From Oikopleura dioica (taxonomy: Eukaryota > Animalia > Chordata), in the NCBI GenBank assembly GCA_907165135.1, contig OU015568.1:8804001-8868000 (forward strand): a stretch of 64,000 bases of DNA. Reading direction: 5' to 3'. Under the pieces are notes generated by a model that worked only from the letters and a program-made list of their open reading frames with translations, was not told the DNA's origin and did no database searches. Shown piece by piece: positions 23,380 to 46,551 of this stretch; positions within the stretch are counted from its first letter, which is position 1, and each line of letters starts with the position of its first letter. A program made the translations under genes and the position numbers.

Positions 23380-25321
23380 ATGGAAGAGAATACTTTCAAG
23401 AGACAATTGGGAATCATCGGCGGCATTAGTTTGGCCGCAGGTTCTACTATTGGCTCTGGCATTTTCACAAACCCAACGCTGGTGCTTGGGTACACTGGCT
23501 CCGTAGGTGCGAGTTTGTTGATTTGGGCAGCATGTGGTATAAATGCGATCTTGTGTGGCTTCAGTTATTTAGAAGTTGCCTTATTAATAAGGCAATCCGG
23601 TGGCACTTACGGAACGGCTCTTTGAATATTGATAATTTTAAGGCGCTTTGTTCGAAAAATTGAATATTGGAAAACTTGTCTATATTCTGAGTAAAGCCTA
23701 CTTGAGCGTACTGGCACGAAGCATTTGGCCCAGTCCCTGCGTACTTTGTTTGCTGGTTCTGGTCGGTAATAGATGGCCCTGCGGGATTGGTCATCGTCGG
23801 ACTCACGCTGGCGGATAATATTCTAGCGCCGTTTTACCCCGGATGCTATCCGCCTCAGATACTCGTAAAGATGGTCGCATTCATCGCTGTTCTCCTCCTC
23901 TCAGTAATGAATGGCTACTCAGTTCCGCTTTCAAACAAGCTGCAGATCGTAACAATGGCGGGTAAGATCCTTGTTTTGGGCATGATCGGTGGCGCTGGAA
24001 TCTACAATATCATCATTGGTCAGACAGGGAGTTTATCAACTGGATTCGAGGGCAGCTCAACCAACGTGGCCGACTACGCTGTGGCTTTCTACACTTGTAT
24101 GTGGTCGTATGGCGGTTGGGAGCGCGTGTGCCAGTGTTTCGAAGAGATCAAGAATCCTAGCAGAAATATTCCAATCATCATTGGCGCCTCGATCTTGCTC
24201 ACGACGACCATATATGTTACCGTCAATATTGCATATTTTACGGTGATGACTCCAGCAGAGTTTTTGCAGTCATCAGCAGTCGCGGTCACTTTCGGAGATC
24301 GAATTTTTGGCTCGTTTTCGTGGATTATTCCCGCTGGAATCGCGCTGTCAAGTTTTCAATAACAACAAAGATAATATCTTTTCGGGCATGAAAAACTTCT
24401 ATTAGAGTACTCTTGGATCAATGAATGGTATTTGCTGGGCATATTCGCGAATTCCCTTCATCGGAGCGCGAAAAAACCAGCTGCCGAAGGTTTTCTTGGC
24501 TTTTCAATTTTCATGTCTCGCTAGACCGTTGTCCGCAAGACTTTTATCGGCCTATGAATATGCAAATAGTTGTCTAGCGTTGACAAGATTATGGTCAATT
24601 ATTCTCAAATTAAATGCAAATTAAGCATCTCGGTCTAATTTCATACGAGCGAAAGACGCCTCTCGTCGGCCAAAGCTTTCTGCTGATCATTGCGACTATC
24701 ATGGTGATTCCTGAGTCGACGAATATTGCCTCGCTTATTGATTATGTCTCGCCCTTGACTTGGATTCTAGCGAGCGGAGTGTTTGCTAGTATTTTTGTAT
24801 TCCGATACGGGGTTGATTTGAAACCGGTATTTTTGGAAGAAATCAAGGTTAACCCTCAAAAGCGCTAAGAAAAAGGACAAGAGGGAATTCCGAGTTCCTC
24901 TGGAATGTTTGAAGATTAAACAGAATTAAATTCATTATTCAAACGTTTATTCAAACTTATAAAAGATCATTCCGATTGTCTGAGTATGGGTTTTTCACAT
25001 AAAAAATGCAGAAAGAGGTTATATTCTTAAAGAACCATTTTAAGCTTGATTACCAACTTGGCATCGATTTTCATTCCAATAATTATGCAGCCAAGGAAAG
25101 GATCAATTATGAAAAGGGATTGAGCAAAGAAAGAGCTGCTTGATCCTTTTTGCAGCTTGGAGTACTTGATCGGAGCGGCTGTTATTGCTGCTGGTTATTT
25201 GATCTACATTCCATTTTTCTACTTCGATGTCAATTTTCCAGGCTCCGACAAGATCTATGTCTTCTTGCAGATCTTCTTTGAATGCGTGCCAAATGATTTC
25301 TCGGAAGAAAAACTTGAGTGA
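23380..25321 (+). CDS. SLC7 L-type amino acid transporter light chain (SLC7A9/b0,+AT-like)
   Basis: KRQLGIIGGISLAAGSTIGSGIF; SGGTY|AYWHEAFGPVPAY; WSYGGWE...EEIKNPSRNIP; VYFTVMTPAEFLQSSAVAVTFG; C-terminus FLQIFFECVP. Confidence 0.9.
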
Positions 25322-25469
25322 GATCAACGAAGATTATTTTTCAAAGAAAAATTCCATACTACCATTCTTACTGCAACAGAAGGTCAAACACAGATAGGAA
25401 ATATAAGCGTTAATCGTTTTTTTTTTGTCTTAAACAATTCTACCCCTACGGCAACAATCCTAAATGATT

Positions 25470-25679
25470 TTAACAAGGAGTAATTGAGCGAGCTCCGCCG
25501 GCTGGGCCGTCGATTTCTTCTCCTTTTGTGAAATTATAGATGGACGTACCGGAGGGGAGCCGCGGAGCAAAGAATGCTCCTAAAGGTTGAATAATGTATG
25601 TGCTTGATTGGGCTAGAGCCGTTCCGAAAACCAAACACAAGACCGATAACCTCACGCCCTCGGCAATCAGAGAAACCAT
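25470..25679 (-). CDS. Possible small secreted protein (69 aa)
   Basis: ORF with signal-peptide-like start MVSLIAEGVRLSVLCLVFGTALA-QSS; no homology recognised. Confidence 0.3.
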   Translation of the reverse strand: MVSLIAEGVRLSVLCLVFGTALAQSSTYIIQPLGAFFAPRLPSGTSIYNFTKGEEIDGPAGGARSITPC

Positions 25680-25705
25680 GAAGCATTATCGGAACTAGAA
25701 TTTTT

Positions 25706-26828
25706 GAGTCAGGAGGGACTCGTCTGCCCTGCTATCCGGCGGGTGACCAGAATGGCCGGACCAAGCGGGTGACAAGTCCGCCCTGGCCGGACTGCCCTTC
25801 TCCGCAGGGGACTGCGAGTCTCGGTCGGAAATTGCGAAGTGACCTTACAAAATCTTGATCATAAGGGTGTTCCGACAGTGCAGCTTATCTGCACTAGGTT
25901 CATTTTTCAGAGGATCAAGAGCATTTTTCTTCAAAAATTTTCAGGAAAAAGGCTATTCATACAAAAACGAATATGAAGATTCCGAAAATCGAGGTAATAA
26001 CTTCTGAAAATAAAAGTTTCTTCATGAAAACATGCATCAAAGAACATCCTCTTCTTATCTAATTATATATCAGCTGTCTTATGATCTTCTTTCCTGTTTG
26101 AATTTTCTTTTAACTTTCTTCCAGCTGATCTTCTGACTTTGTCGGAGTAATTACAGATGCTTCGTTTATGTTTTCACCTAACGGAAAGCTATTTAATTGT
26201 TCTGTCCTTCTCGTTCAATCAGAAAGTAAAAGAAATGAGTGAGATATTTTCGAAACTCAAAAAAGCTTTGCCAATTGGTAAAGCAGGCTCAGAGATTTTG
26301 CCACATCCCAGTAATCAACGATTCATCTTTACAGTCAGGAGCGTTTACAAAGATAGCGTACAGCTCACTTGTTTTCACCGTGACGGTAAGAATAAGTGTC
26401 AGAAGATCAGCTGGAAGAACATTAAAGGAAATTCAAACAGGAAAGAAGATCATAAGACAGCTGTTATATAATTAGATAAGAAGAGGATGGTCTTTGATGC
26501 ATGTTTTCATGAAGAAACTTTCATTTTCAGAAGTTATAAACTCGATTTTCGGAATCTTCATATTCGTTTTTGTATAAATAGCCTTTTTCCTGAAAATATT
26601 TGAAGAAAAATGCTCTTGATCCTCTGAAAAATGAACCTAGTGCAGATAAGCTGCACTGTCGGAACACCCTTATGATCAAGATTTTGTACGGTCACTTAGC
26701 AATTTCCCACCGAGACTCGCAGTCCCCTGCGTAGAAGGGCAGTCTGGCCAGGGCGGACTTGTCACCCGCTTGGTCCGGCCATTCTGGTCACCCGCCGGAT
26801 AGCAGGGCAGACGAGTCCCTCTTACCCC
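25706..26828. mobile_element. Foldback-type non-autonomous DNA transposon with ~424-bp inverted arms and 8-bp TSD
   Basis: Arms 25714-26137 and 26398-26820 are highly similar reverse complements around a 260-bp spacer; direct repeat GAATTTTT at 25698-25705 and 26829-26836. Confidence 0.88.
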
Positions 26829-26878
26829 GAATTTTTCAATAGATAGAGATCTAAGAAAAAAAGAAGAACCAACAAACA

Positions 26879-37662
<10,784 letters not shown>

Positions 37663-37767
37663 AATGTTCAATGAATATGCGCTTTGTTTTATTTATATAA
37701 ATCTTTTACATTCAAATAAAGAACAAGTTGATTCTTGTCGAGAACAGACACATAAATAGAAAAGTGG

Positions 37768-38190
37768 TTAGACGTTCATCATTCCACCATCGACGATGGA
37801 GTCGCGAATATCTTTCATGAACCGAGCGAAATCGAGAATTCCTTGGTTGTGATCTTGTGCTAGCAAATCCACCTGAACGATTCTATTCATACTTTCAAAT
37901 AGGAAATGATACTCACACTGTCGCAGGATTTGACAACTCTGAGGGGCGTCTCTTCCGTGATGAACTTGAAATCTTCAGTCATTCCGATGACGTTTACGTA
38001 TTCTGTCGAGTAGGCTCGTCGGTAGTCAGCTCGTTTTGCCAGTGGAGCGTTTCCATCGAATGCGATTGTGTACTATCAAAAGTTTAAGAAACAGGTTGAT
38101 TATTAATTAAATGATAGACATAATATTACTGTAAAAAATTACCTTTACAAGTTCTCTGACATGCTTAGATTTCTTATCAAAGAGTCCCAT
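37768..38190 (-). CDS. Small three-exon protein of unknown function (~100 aa; may extend upstream)
   Basis: MGLFDKKSKHVRELVK|YTIAFDGNAPLAKRADYRRAYSTEYVNVIG...KSCDS|VDLLAQDHNQGILDFARFMKDIRDSIVDGGMMNV*, joined in frame by two GT-AG introns. Confidence 0.55.
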
Positions 38191-38530
38191 GAACACTAGC
38201 AAGGAGAAGAATGAAAAAGATGTGCTAATCGAGAAAAGCTTTCCAGATTGATTCTATGCCTCGGGAGGTCGTATTTATATACGGAAAGTTCCACAAGATG
38301 GCTCCACAGTAGGGCCTCCAAAGTGACGTAAGGTATTTGCCATTTTAAGTTTTACGAGACATTTCCAGAGCAGGCACATTTTCACGTGAACAATAGATGT
38401 TGTAAACAAGTTTGTGTAAGAGTTATCAATCGTCAAGTAACAGATAACTCTTTCTCTTTTTTTAAGATTGCTGGCTGTGTTTATTGCAATTTTACTAGTG
38501 ATCAAAGAACTTTCAAGGAAATGTGCTTAT

Positions 38531-41500
38531 TCAGTTGTCCTCAGCAAGTTTTCCGAAGACAGCTGCAGGAATGGTCTGCTTCTTGATGTCCATTGATGGC
38601 TCTTCTCCTGCAGAATCGTCGTCGTCGTCATCATCAAGGTTGATTTCATCCTTGTTTCCGACAGCTTCGGCTGGAGGAGCATCTTTCTTGAGCAGAGCAT
38701 TGGTGCTTGAAGCGACGAAGCGGATGTTTCCACCCTCGACTTCTTTCGCCTTCTTCGCATGCAACAGGGCTGCTTGCTGTTCCATCATTCTCATGTCGCC
38801 ATCGCCGTCATCTTCCTCATCAGGAGCGAGATCGGCGATTGTACCAGTCGGTTCAGCATTTTGAGCAAGCATAGCAGCGGCCATGTAATTGACCTGAGTG
38901 TTATGAGTAGCTGCGACTTGGCGCTTGACGCGGAGCATTTCGCGAATGGTATCTTCGTTTCCGTGCTCAGTTTCGAACGATTCCCATTTGGACCAAAAGT
39001 CCTTGTGAACGTCTGGATTACACAGATTCGCAGCATGGGTGAAAATAGCCCGCGCTCGGTCCGTTTCGCCGAGTTTTCTGATTGAAATGTTAAAAATGAC
39101 AAAATAAGTAGGAGGATTACCGTTCGAGCTCAGCGTAACGGATACACATTTCCCGGCTTCCATCAGCGTTGAGCTTGTTGATAGCGTCTTCGTAAACTGG
39201 TCGACAGGCAGTGATCCCATGCAGTTCCGCCGTCCGCTTGACGTAGATCGTAAAGACCTCGAGTTTCTCATCCTCTTTGACTGAAATAATCAGTAAGAAA
39301 TTGAATAAGCAGCAGCAGTGTTAACCTTTTTCAATAGATTTTTTGTAGATATCCATCGATCGCTTGACCAACCCATGTTCTTCCTCCAACTTTGCGTAGA
39401 GCAAAAAGATCTTCTTCGAGAACTCTGTCGGCATTCCTTGAATACATTGCTCGAACAAATCTCGCGCGCGCTCCAACTTGCTTCCTTTGAAGCGATCGAG
39501 GAACTTGACAAGATACGTCTGCCAAATGTCGAAAACATGAGGCCAAGTAAAGAGTTCCACACCTCGCTCGTACGCTAAAATAGACTGTTATTGTCGAGCA
39601 CAAACTGACAGGGAAGAGAAACTCATGAGAAAGGGAGATGATTCAAGACAAGGGGAAGGGCTTGGTATTTAGCAAAATGTCAGGTTGAGTAAGACGCAAA
39701 CTCGAGGTCTCAGAGACGATCTGGGTTACTCAGTATCTCTTACCTTTAAAAGACTCCTCGAAATACTGATTTTCTTCCAAGAACAAGGCAAAGTTGAGGA
39801 TAATCTGCGGCGTTGCAATTTTCAAATCAATTATTCTTTCGTACACTTGCTTTGTGCTGCTGAAGTTGCCAAAACTCTCCTCTAAATCAGCGTACATAGA
39901 CCAGAGCTTCAAACTTCTGTAGACACGGTTTTGCACGGGCTCGGAATTGTCAAAGTACTTCGCTCGCTTCTTCGGAATTGCGGTGCTTCGTCGCATGAGG
40001 CTCAAAGCACCATCGTAGTGCTCTTGACGGAGTTCCATCTCGGCGTATTCGCACCAGACAGCGGCCAAATCGTCCACAGATCGGAACTGCACCTTCGCCG
40101 CTTTCTCGAAAATCGTCCGAGCATCGTCGATCTGGTCGTTTTCTTCGTAGAACTTGGCGAACGCGACCCACAACTTGTAAAGCTTGCCGACTGCTTTCAT
40201 CGGATCGACAGTTTGAAGAGCTTCGGTAAATGTATTGATGCACTGACGAGGTTTTTCTTTGTAAAGCTCGGCTCGCTTAAGCCACTCGTGGACATTGTGG
40301 GGGTTTTGGCGAAGAAGAACGGAATTGACCAGGAAGGGTCGTCGCTCAAGGAGGTCTTCGAAACGAGCAAGCTGCATTTCTAGTTCATCTTCATCGGTTA
40401 CGTCCTGAACATGAAGATAAATTCTGAAGAGAATCTCAACTGATTTACCTGCATAGAGTTAGAAATCAGTTCTTCCTCAAACGCCGCAAACGCATCAAAA
40501 ATCTGCGTAAAATCTCTAACAGTCTTAACACTCTGAATTCCTTCTTCATAAACATCTCTGGCTTTCTCAAACAACGCCTGTCGGATGTAATAGTCGGCCA
40601 AGAGACACCATTGTTCCCCAACTTGATCTGTAAACTTTCTAAAGCCGGAACGAATGATCGCATCGGCGTTCAATCCCTTGATCTCGTCAGGATGTTTTGC
40701 GATCAGATCGCAGAGCTCTTGCCACAGCTGGTGCTTCGATTTACCGTTGCGGGAGTTGAAATTGTCGTCGTTCACGATGTCTCAGATTGGCATGAAAATG
40801 ACTATTTCAAGGTGTAGAAAATTTAACAGATGTCGCACTTTTTGATAGTTTAAAATTCGGGTACTGGTACACAGAGTTATAGTCATGTTTTTTTACTCAA
40901 AAATATTGATACGATTAAAATGAAACTGCACACTTAAAAGCTCTGAGTTAACAAGAACCGCCTATTCAGAATAAAGATAGTAGATAAATGATCTTCTTTT
41001 GAAATTATCTCATCCCAGTGCCTGAAAGATATCTCGCAGCTTCATCCATTCGATCGTTCTTGAGCAGGTAGTCAATAAATTCCTCAATGCATTCGGGCGA
41101 GAGCTTCACAAATCGTCTGAAGCATCTAACCGCGGTTTCGGTGATGTCATGTCTTTTCAAGAATTTAATGTAGACCATCCAGATTCGATTGTGCTGAGTC
41201 ACGGGGAGCGCTCGAAGAGCCCTGTCAAATGTTCGTCGAGTTCTAGTGACGTATTCTTGTCGCATTAACCACTCGCCGTAGTCGATCCAGATTCGAGGCA
41301 TTTTGTGCATGAAGACCAGGGCGCGCTCGTGAGCGTTATTTGCGTCTTCATACGAGGGATGCTGGATGGAAAGGCCTGAAAAGGTGATGAAAAAGGGCTG
41401 AAACGAACGATGATTTTACCCTTGCATTGTCTTCTTCGTTCGCGGAGATACTTGTACCAGAGCTTGTATGATCCAGGAAGTTGCTTCAAAGCTCGCTAAA

Positions 41501-41691
41501 AAATTGAAAAATTCAGGTAAAGAAATAGATTTCCGGATCAAAATTTTCACCTCGTAAATCATGTTCAATCCTTCAAAACCTCCATCCTGCTTGTGCTCAA
41601 TGTACCGGAGCCAGGTCTGGACGGAGTGTGGATTTCGCTGACACTCCTCTTCGTACACAAAATCATCATCTGAAATGTCTATCGACACCAT
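38531..41691 (-). CDS. XAB2: Pre-mRNA splicing / TC-NER factor SYF1 (HAT repeats)
   Basis: YEEECQRNPHSVQTWLRYIEHK; LPGSYKLWYKYL; HKMPRIWIDY; LLRQNPHNVHEWLKR; FKGSKLERARDLFEQ; FETEHGNEDTIREMLRVKR. Confidence 0.96.
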
Positions 41692-42842
41692 TCTAAAACG
41701 ACGAAAGTTAAAGCCTTCGTTTCACTTTTTCGTTCTCTCGGAGGAATTTTGAAGGAATGAACAGCGCGGCAATTTTATTGGCTCGCGCGAAAAAATAGGA
41801 AATCCCTCCAAAGTGAATAATTGACCAGAAAGTCCACTGGTTCTTTTGTGTTGCTTGTACTTCCATGCCTGTATCAAAATGTACCAAAATCATGAGATGA
41901 AACTTTCATTTTTGTGAGAAACTGATAATTTTCGAGAACATCAATCATCAATAAGCATTTTCTTTTCTAGGAACAACTGGTCAAGTCTAGGAGTCTGCAA
42001 ATGCACCAATTCTGAAAGTAAATCAGTCTATTAGACTGTAGCTGAGAAAAAGTATGATCTAGAAGCGCAAAATTGTACTAAATTTTCTTCTAGATAGAAA
42101 CTGTACTGAGTACCGGTACTAGTGGTAATTACTTTAATTCCAAGAGAGCTGTTTTTTGGTAAGAATCGAACCATTTTTTTCAATTTTATGTCATATGGGT
42201 CCTATCGGCTAATCAAATCGCTTTATCCACCTCAATAGGTCTTAACAGCGTGGCAAATTTTCGGATCAATAGTCCGCTCCCCTGGAAGTCCCCATTCAAC
42301 TTTTTTTTTAATTCAAATTCAAAAATTGGGAATTCGTTCTTTTTGAATTCGAGCCAAAATTAACAGAGAAGTAAATCGCGAATATAAGAGACAAGTGAAA
42401 AAAGCCACATTCCACTGATTACGTAAGCCTATCAAACAATCAAATACTGTCGACAAGATCAAACATAAGAGAAAGCAAACACAAGCATAAAAATTGCGAG
42501 AGAAAGCAAAAACAAGTCATTCTCACACAGGCGGAGCCGTTGTGACTTGGGCTGAGGCTGAAAAAGGGCCGAGTCATTCGACCGTTTAAAACGGCCCGAA
42601 CTCGCGAAATGGTCTTATCATTCTTTCAGAGATAGAAAAAATAACGTAAACGTGAGTCATAAACAACCCTAAGACCCCATTTTATTGGTGATTGCCGGAG
42701 GAGTGGGAAGTTTTTCGAGACCACCAACGCAGCTCCGGACCAATGATATCTACTCTCTCTTTTGACAGCTACCCTAAACCTACCGTTTCACGTGCGAATA
42801 ATAAGAGATATATTTTCAGAGAAAAAAAATCGGACTGAAAGA

Positions 42843-45800
42843 ATGGACAAGGGAAATCGCAGGGGGCGAGGCCGCGCCGCTAGAATTCAGCGCGATGATA
42901 TTGGTAAGCAAAAATCTAAAATGCCAAGTTTTTAATCTTTTCAGACGTTCAGTCCCTGTCTTCGCAAATGACGGATCTTGATGTCCGCTCAGAGTACGAT
43001 GCTCCACCCAGATCATCAGGTCGAGGACGAGGAAGAGGAGCGCGAATGACTGAGTCTTCGACAATCGATACAATGACCAGCAGCGAAAGCGCCAGCTACC
43101 AGAAACGTTCGTCGAGCAGTGGCAACCACACACCACAAGACAGCACTTCTGGCTCTAGAGAAAGTGGAAAAACCATGAAATCTACGGACAGCGAAGGGAC
43201 GGAAAAAGGCTATCTGCGAGAGCAGAAAAGAGGAATGCAGGTGCTGGAAATGGTCCCAAAGAATGCTGGAGGAACTAAAGGTGCGAGAATCCAAGTCGCT
43301 TCGAATTACTATAAAACGAGCATCGCCCATCAGTAAGTCAACAGCAACAGAATCAAGTCATTTACCTAATTTTAGGCAGTTGAAGCTGTTTGAATACCGC
43401 TTCGAAAGTGGATACGAAAAAGACAAGAACGAACATGGGAAGAAAGTAAGCCTCGAAGAATCGATGGCTTTCTTCAGCGAGTGGCTCAAAGTCGTCGAAG
43501 GAAATTCACCACCCGGCTCGTCATCTTCCAGCTCGAGTTCAAGCGATCATACAGTTCCTCCTCGCTGCTATTTCGACGGCCGAAATAAGGTTTATTCTTT
43601 CGAATACATAAGCGATGGAGAAACGATGGTTCCCTTCCGCTGGCAGAAACACAGAGGCGAATTTGCGGCGAAATTGACCTGCACGAACGACCTTTCGCAA
43701 ATCTGGGAACTCTCCATGCATCGCCTCGAGAAGGGCGTAGCGATCGACCCGATCATCATGCACGTGAAAGAAACCATCATCAAGCACAAATTTGCGCTCG
43801 GCCACATCAAAGTCGGCAGCACCTACTACCCAGAACTTACGGAAGCGAATTACAACTCGATTCCAAAATTCGATATCGCACCGGGAAAAATCGCCTGGAA
43901 AGGCCTGAACGTCACGGTGAAAAACACAATGGGCGGACTTTCAATTCAAGCAAAAACGAAAGCCGCGGTCTTTTACAAGCCATGTCACGTTCTGGACTTT
44001 ATTGCAGATATGACACAAGAAGTGCATGTGGACAGGGAAGACGTCTGGGCGAATCCGCGATTCTTCAACACAGCTCTTACAGCGCTCAAAGGTCTCCTGA
44101 TCAACATCAAATCCCCAGCTGGAATGAGAACCCGAAAAGTAATGGACATTTCTCGAGAGAACGCGGTGATGTTGCGCTTCAAAGTTCGTCACGACGATGG
44201 ATCAGAATACAGCCAAAACGTGGCCGATTACTACAGAAACAAGTACGGTCCGCTTCGATTTCCAAAACTACCGTGCATCAACACTGCTGGCAAAAACGCC
44301 CGGCCAGAGTACTATCCCATTGAGTTCTGCCACATCATGGGCCGTCAACCTGTCAAGGGAAAGCTTGCTGATCGCGAAGTGGCGGCTATGATCAAGTTTT
44401 CTTCCCAACCGGCGCCTGACACATTTAGAGAAATTGGCAACGCGATGAACGAGAAACGAGCGCTCTTCGAACAAGACTTCAAAATCGCCGGATTAAAGGT
44501 CGACGAGAAAATGGTGCGAACCGACGCCCGAGTTTTAGATGCGCCAGAGCTTCATTACGGAAATGGCACTGCTCAAATTCGTAATGGAAGCTGGAACCCG
44601 CTCTGCTTCGTAAAACCGGCCCAGGCAAAGAGATGGACGGCCATGTACATGAATGTCCAGCACTTCAACCCGACGAACAAGATCTGGGATTTCTCCGAAC
44701 TGCTTCGCAGAAATGCCGCTGAGCTTGGAATGCGCGACTTCGGGCACTGCGACCATGTCAATAGTGTCAACCCCGGCGACATCTACGATTACCTAAACTG
44801 GGCGAAAGGCGAAGGATACGACTTCGTTCTATGCGTAATCGACAAGAAATTCTCCGAGTATTATTCGAAGATCAAAGCATATGCGGAGAGAACTTTTGAT
44901 TTGCTCACCCAGTGCTTGGTGCTGAAAAATCTCGAGCGCGCGAACGGCCAGCTCTGCAAAATGCTCCTGGCGAAGATCAACGCCAAGTTGGGCGGTTACT
45001 CCTGTTACGTCGACCTAAAACTCGCCGTTGAACCCGAAAGCCAGAGGCTTTTCGAGGTGCCGGTGATGATTCAAGCCCTGGACATCAACAAGCCCCAAAT
45101 GGATGGTGTCACAATCGCCACTCTTGCTTCGAGCTTTGACGAAAACGCCACTTCCTTCAACATGGTGGCTAGGACGACCTCGGAGCCGAACTTCGCCACG
45201 AAGTTGGAAGAAATGGAATCCGCCGCGCTCGTCAATTTTTACAAGCTCACCCGTGAAAAGCCCCAAGCCATCATTTTCTTCCGCCCGGGAGTCAACGAAG
45301 CCGACATGGCGCAAGTCATGACGCTCGAGGTGAAAGCGATTCAAAATGCTTGCAGGGAACTTGAAGATGATTACTGGTAATTCTTTAGAATGACTTAAGT
45401 CATTTTAAGCCCCTGTTCTTATCAATTCTTTAGCCCGAAAATAACGTACATCGTTGCGTCGAAGATGCACAACACCCGATTTGGATCAATGAATCCCGAT
45501 CTACAAATCGGGAAAGGAAAGAATCTCCCAGCTGGTACCGTCGTCGATACTGAAATCACGAGCAGTGACAAGTTCGACTTCTACCTTCAATCCTCCATGG
45601 GCATTCAGGTATTTCCCTACCGATTTCTCCCTAAAATTAACTCTCTTCCCAGGGCACGAGCATCCCGACCCACTACTACTTCCTGTACGATGAGAACAAG
45701 CTCAACGCTGATTCAGCCCAGGTAATCATTTACAAAGGACATAGTCTATGTCAGTGATATTGTCACATAGTGTCGCTTTTTTCGATCGTGATTCCTCCAT

Positions 45801-46395
45801 GATTTCAACCCTCTAACCTTAAATTTCTAGGGTCTGTGCTACTACCTCTGCCACGGATTCGCGCGCTGTAACCGAACGATTTCCATGCCAAACGCGATGA
45901 AATACGCCCAGCTCGCTTCTGCCCGCGCTCGGAACTGGTGCAAAGAAGTTCCAGCTGCCAACCCGGTAAGTTTTCTTTCGCTCTTATATATATTTGATTT
46001 ATCGCTGCTTCGCTTTTTAAATTTAAATGCTTTTATGTTTTAGTACATTTTAAACACTAAGCATCCTGGCTATAAGGAATTGAAGGTTTGTATTTTGATG
46101 AAAAAGTAGTTTGAATCAAAACTAAAAAAACTGATGGTGATTCATGGTGAAAACAAGAAATTTATTAATAAAGGAAAATAGCGCATATTAATTTAAATTT
46201 TAATTCCATCCAGCTTTATTTATCCCGCTTCGCAAATAATCTCATCCCCTTTTACTAAACTAAATGAAATTCTAGCGCGAGTACGAAGAAAGAATCGACA
46301 ACATGCTCGATACCAAATACCTCATCGACAGAAACGGGAACAAGCCCGAGAAGAAGCAGAAGTCCACCCTCTACCAGAGTTGCTTCTTCTTTTAG
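42843..46395 (+). CDS. Divergent Argonaute (N, PAZ, MID, PIWI), predicted slicer-inactive
   Basis: RG-rich N-terminus; PAZ VADYYRNKYGPLRFPKLPCI...YYPIEFC; MID YSKIK...TQC...KINAKLGG; PIWI QALDINKP, IIFFRPGVNE, DFYLQSSMGIQGTSIPTHY, LCHGFARCNRTISMPNAMKYAQL; ends SCFFF*. Confidence 0.9.
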
Positions 46396-46551
46396 ACCTA
46401 TCTCACCCCACTCTCTCTCTCTGTATACAATTCTATCTATATCTGTTCACTGCAAATTTTTCGTAAAATCAGTGCCAACCCCTAAATATAAAAATCATTT
46501 CAAACCAAAAACCTTCAACCTCTTTTCATTTCACTTTTTCACTTTTTGCAC

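Noticed and set aside
25714-25900. GC-rich structured ncRNA (SRP, RNase P or Helitron end) in the foldback arm
   Set aside because: No recognisable conserved ncRNA motifs; it occurs as an inverted pair bounded by a TSD, which fits a DNA transposon terminus.
26157-26475. ORFs in the foldback spacer as a transposase remnant
   Set aside because: Short, with no DDE or DNA-binding motifs recognisable.
43539-45344. Several antisense and frameshifted ORFs within Argonaute (similar ones in VPS53, XAB2 and FUBP)
   Set aside because: Shadow ORFs of long, moderately GC-rich exons; no recognisable motifs.
46410-46425. (CT)n microsatellite
   Set aside because: Very short tract in a 3' UTR; unremarkable.
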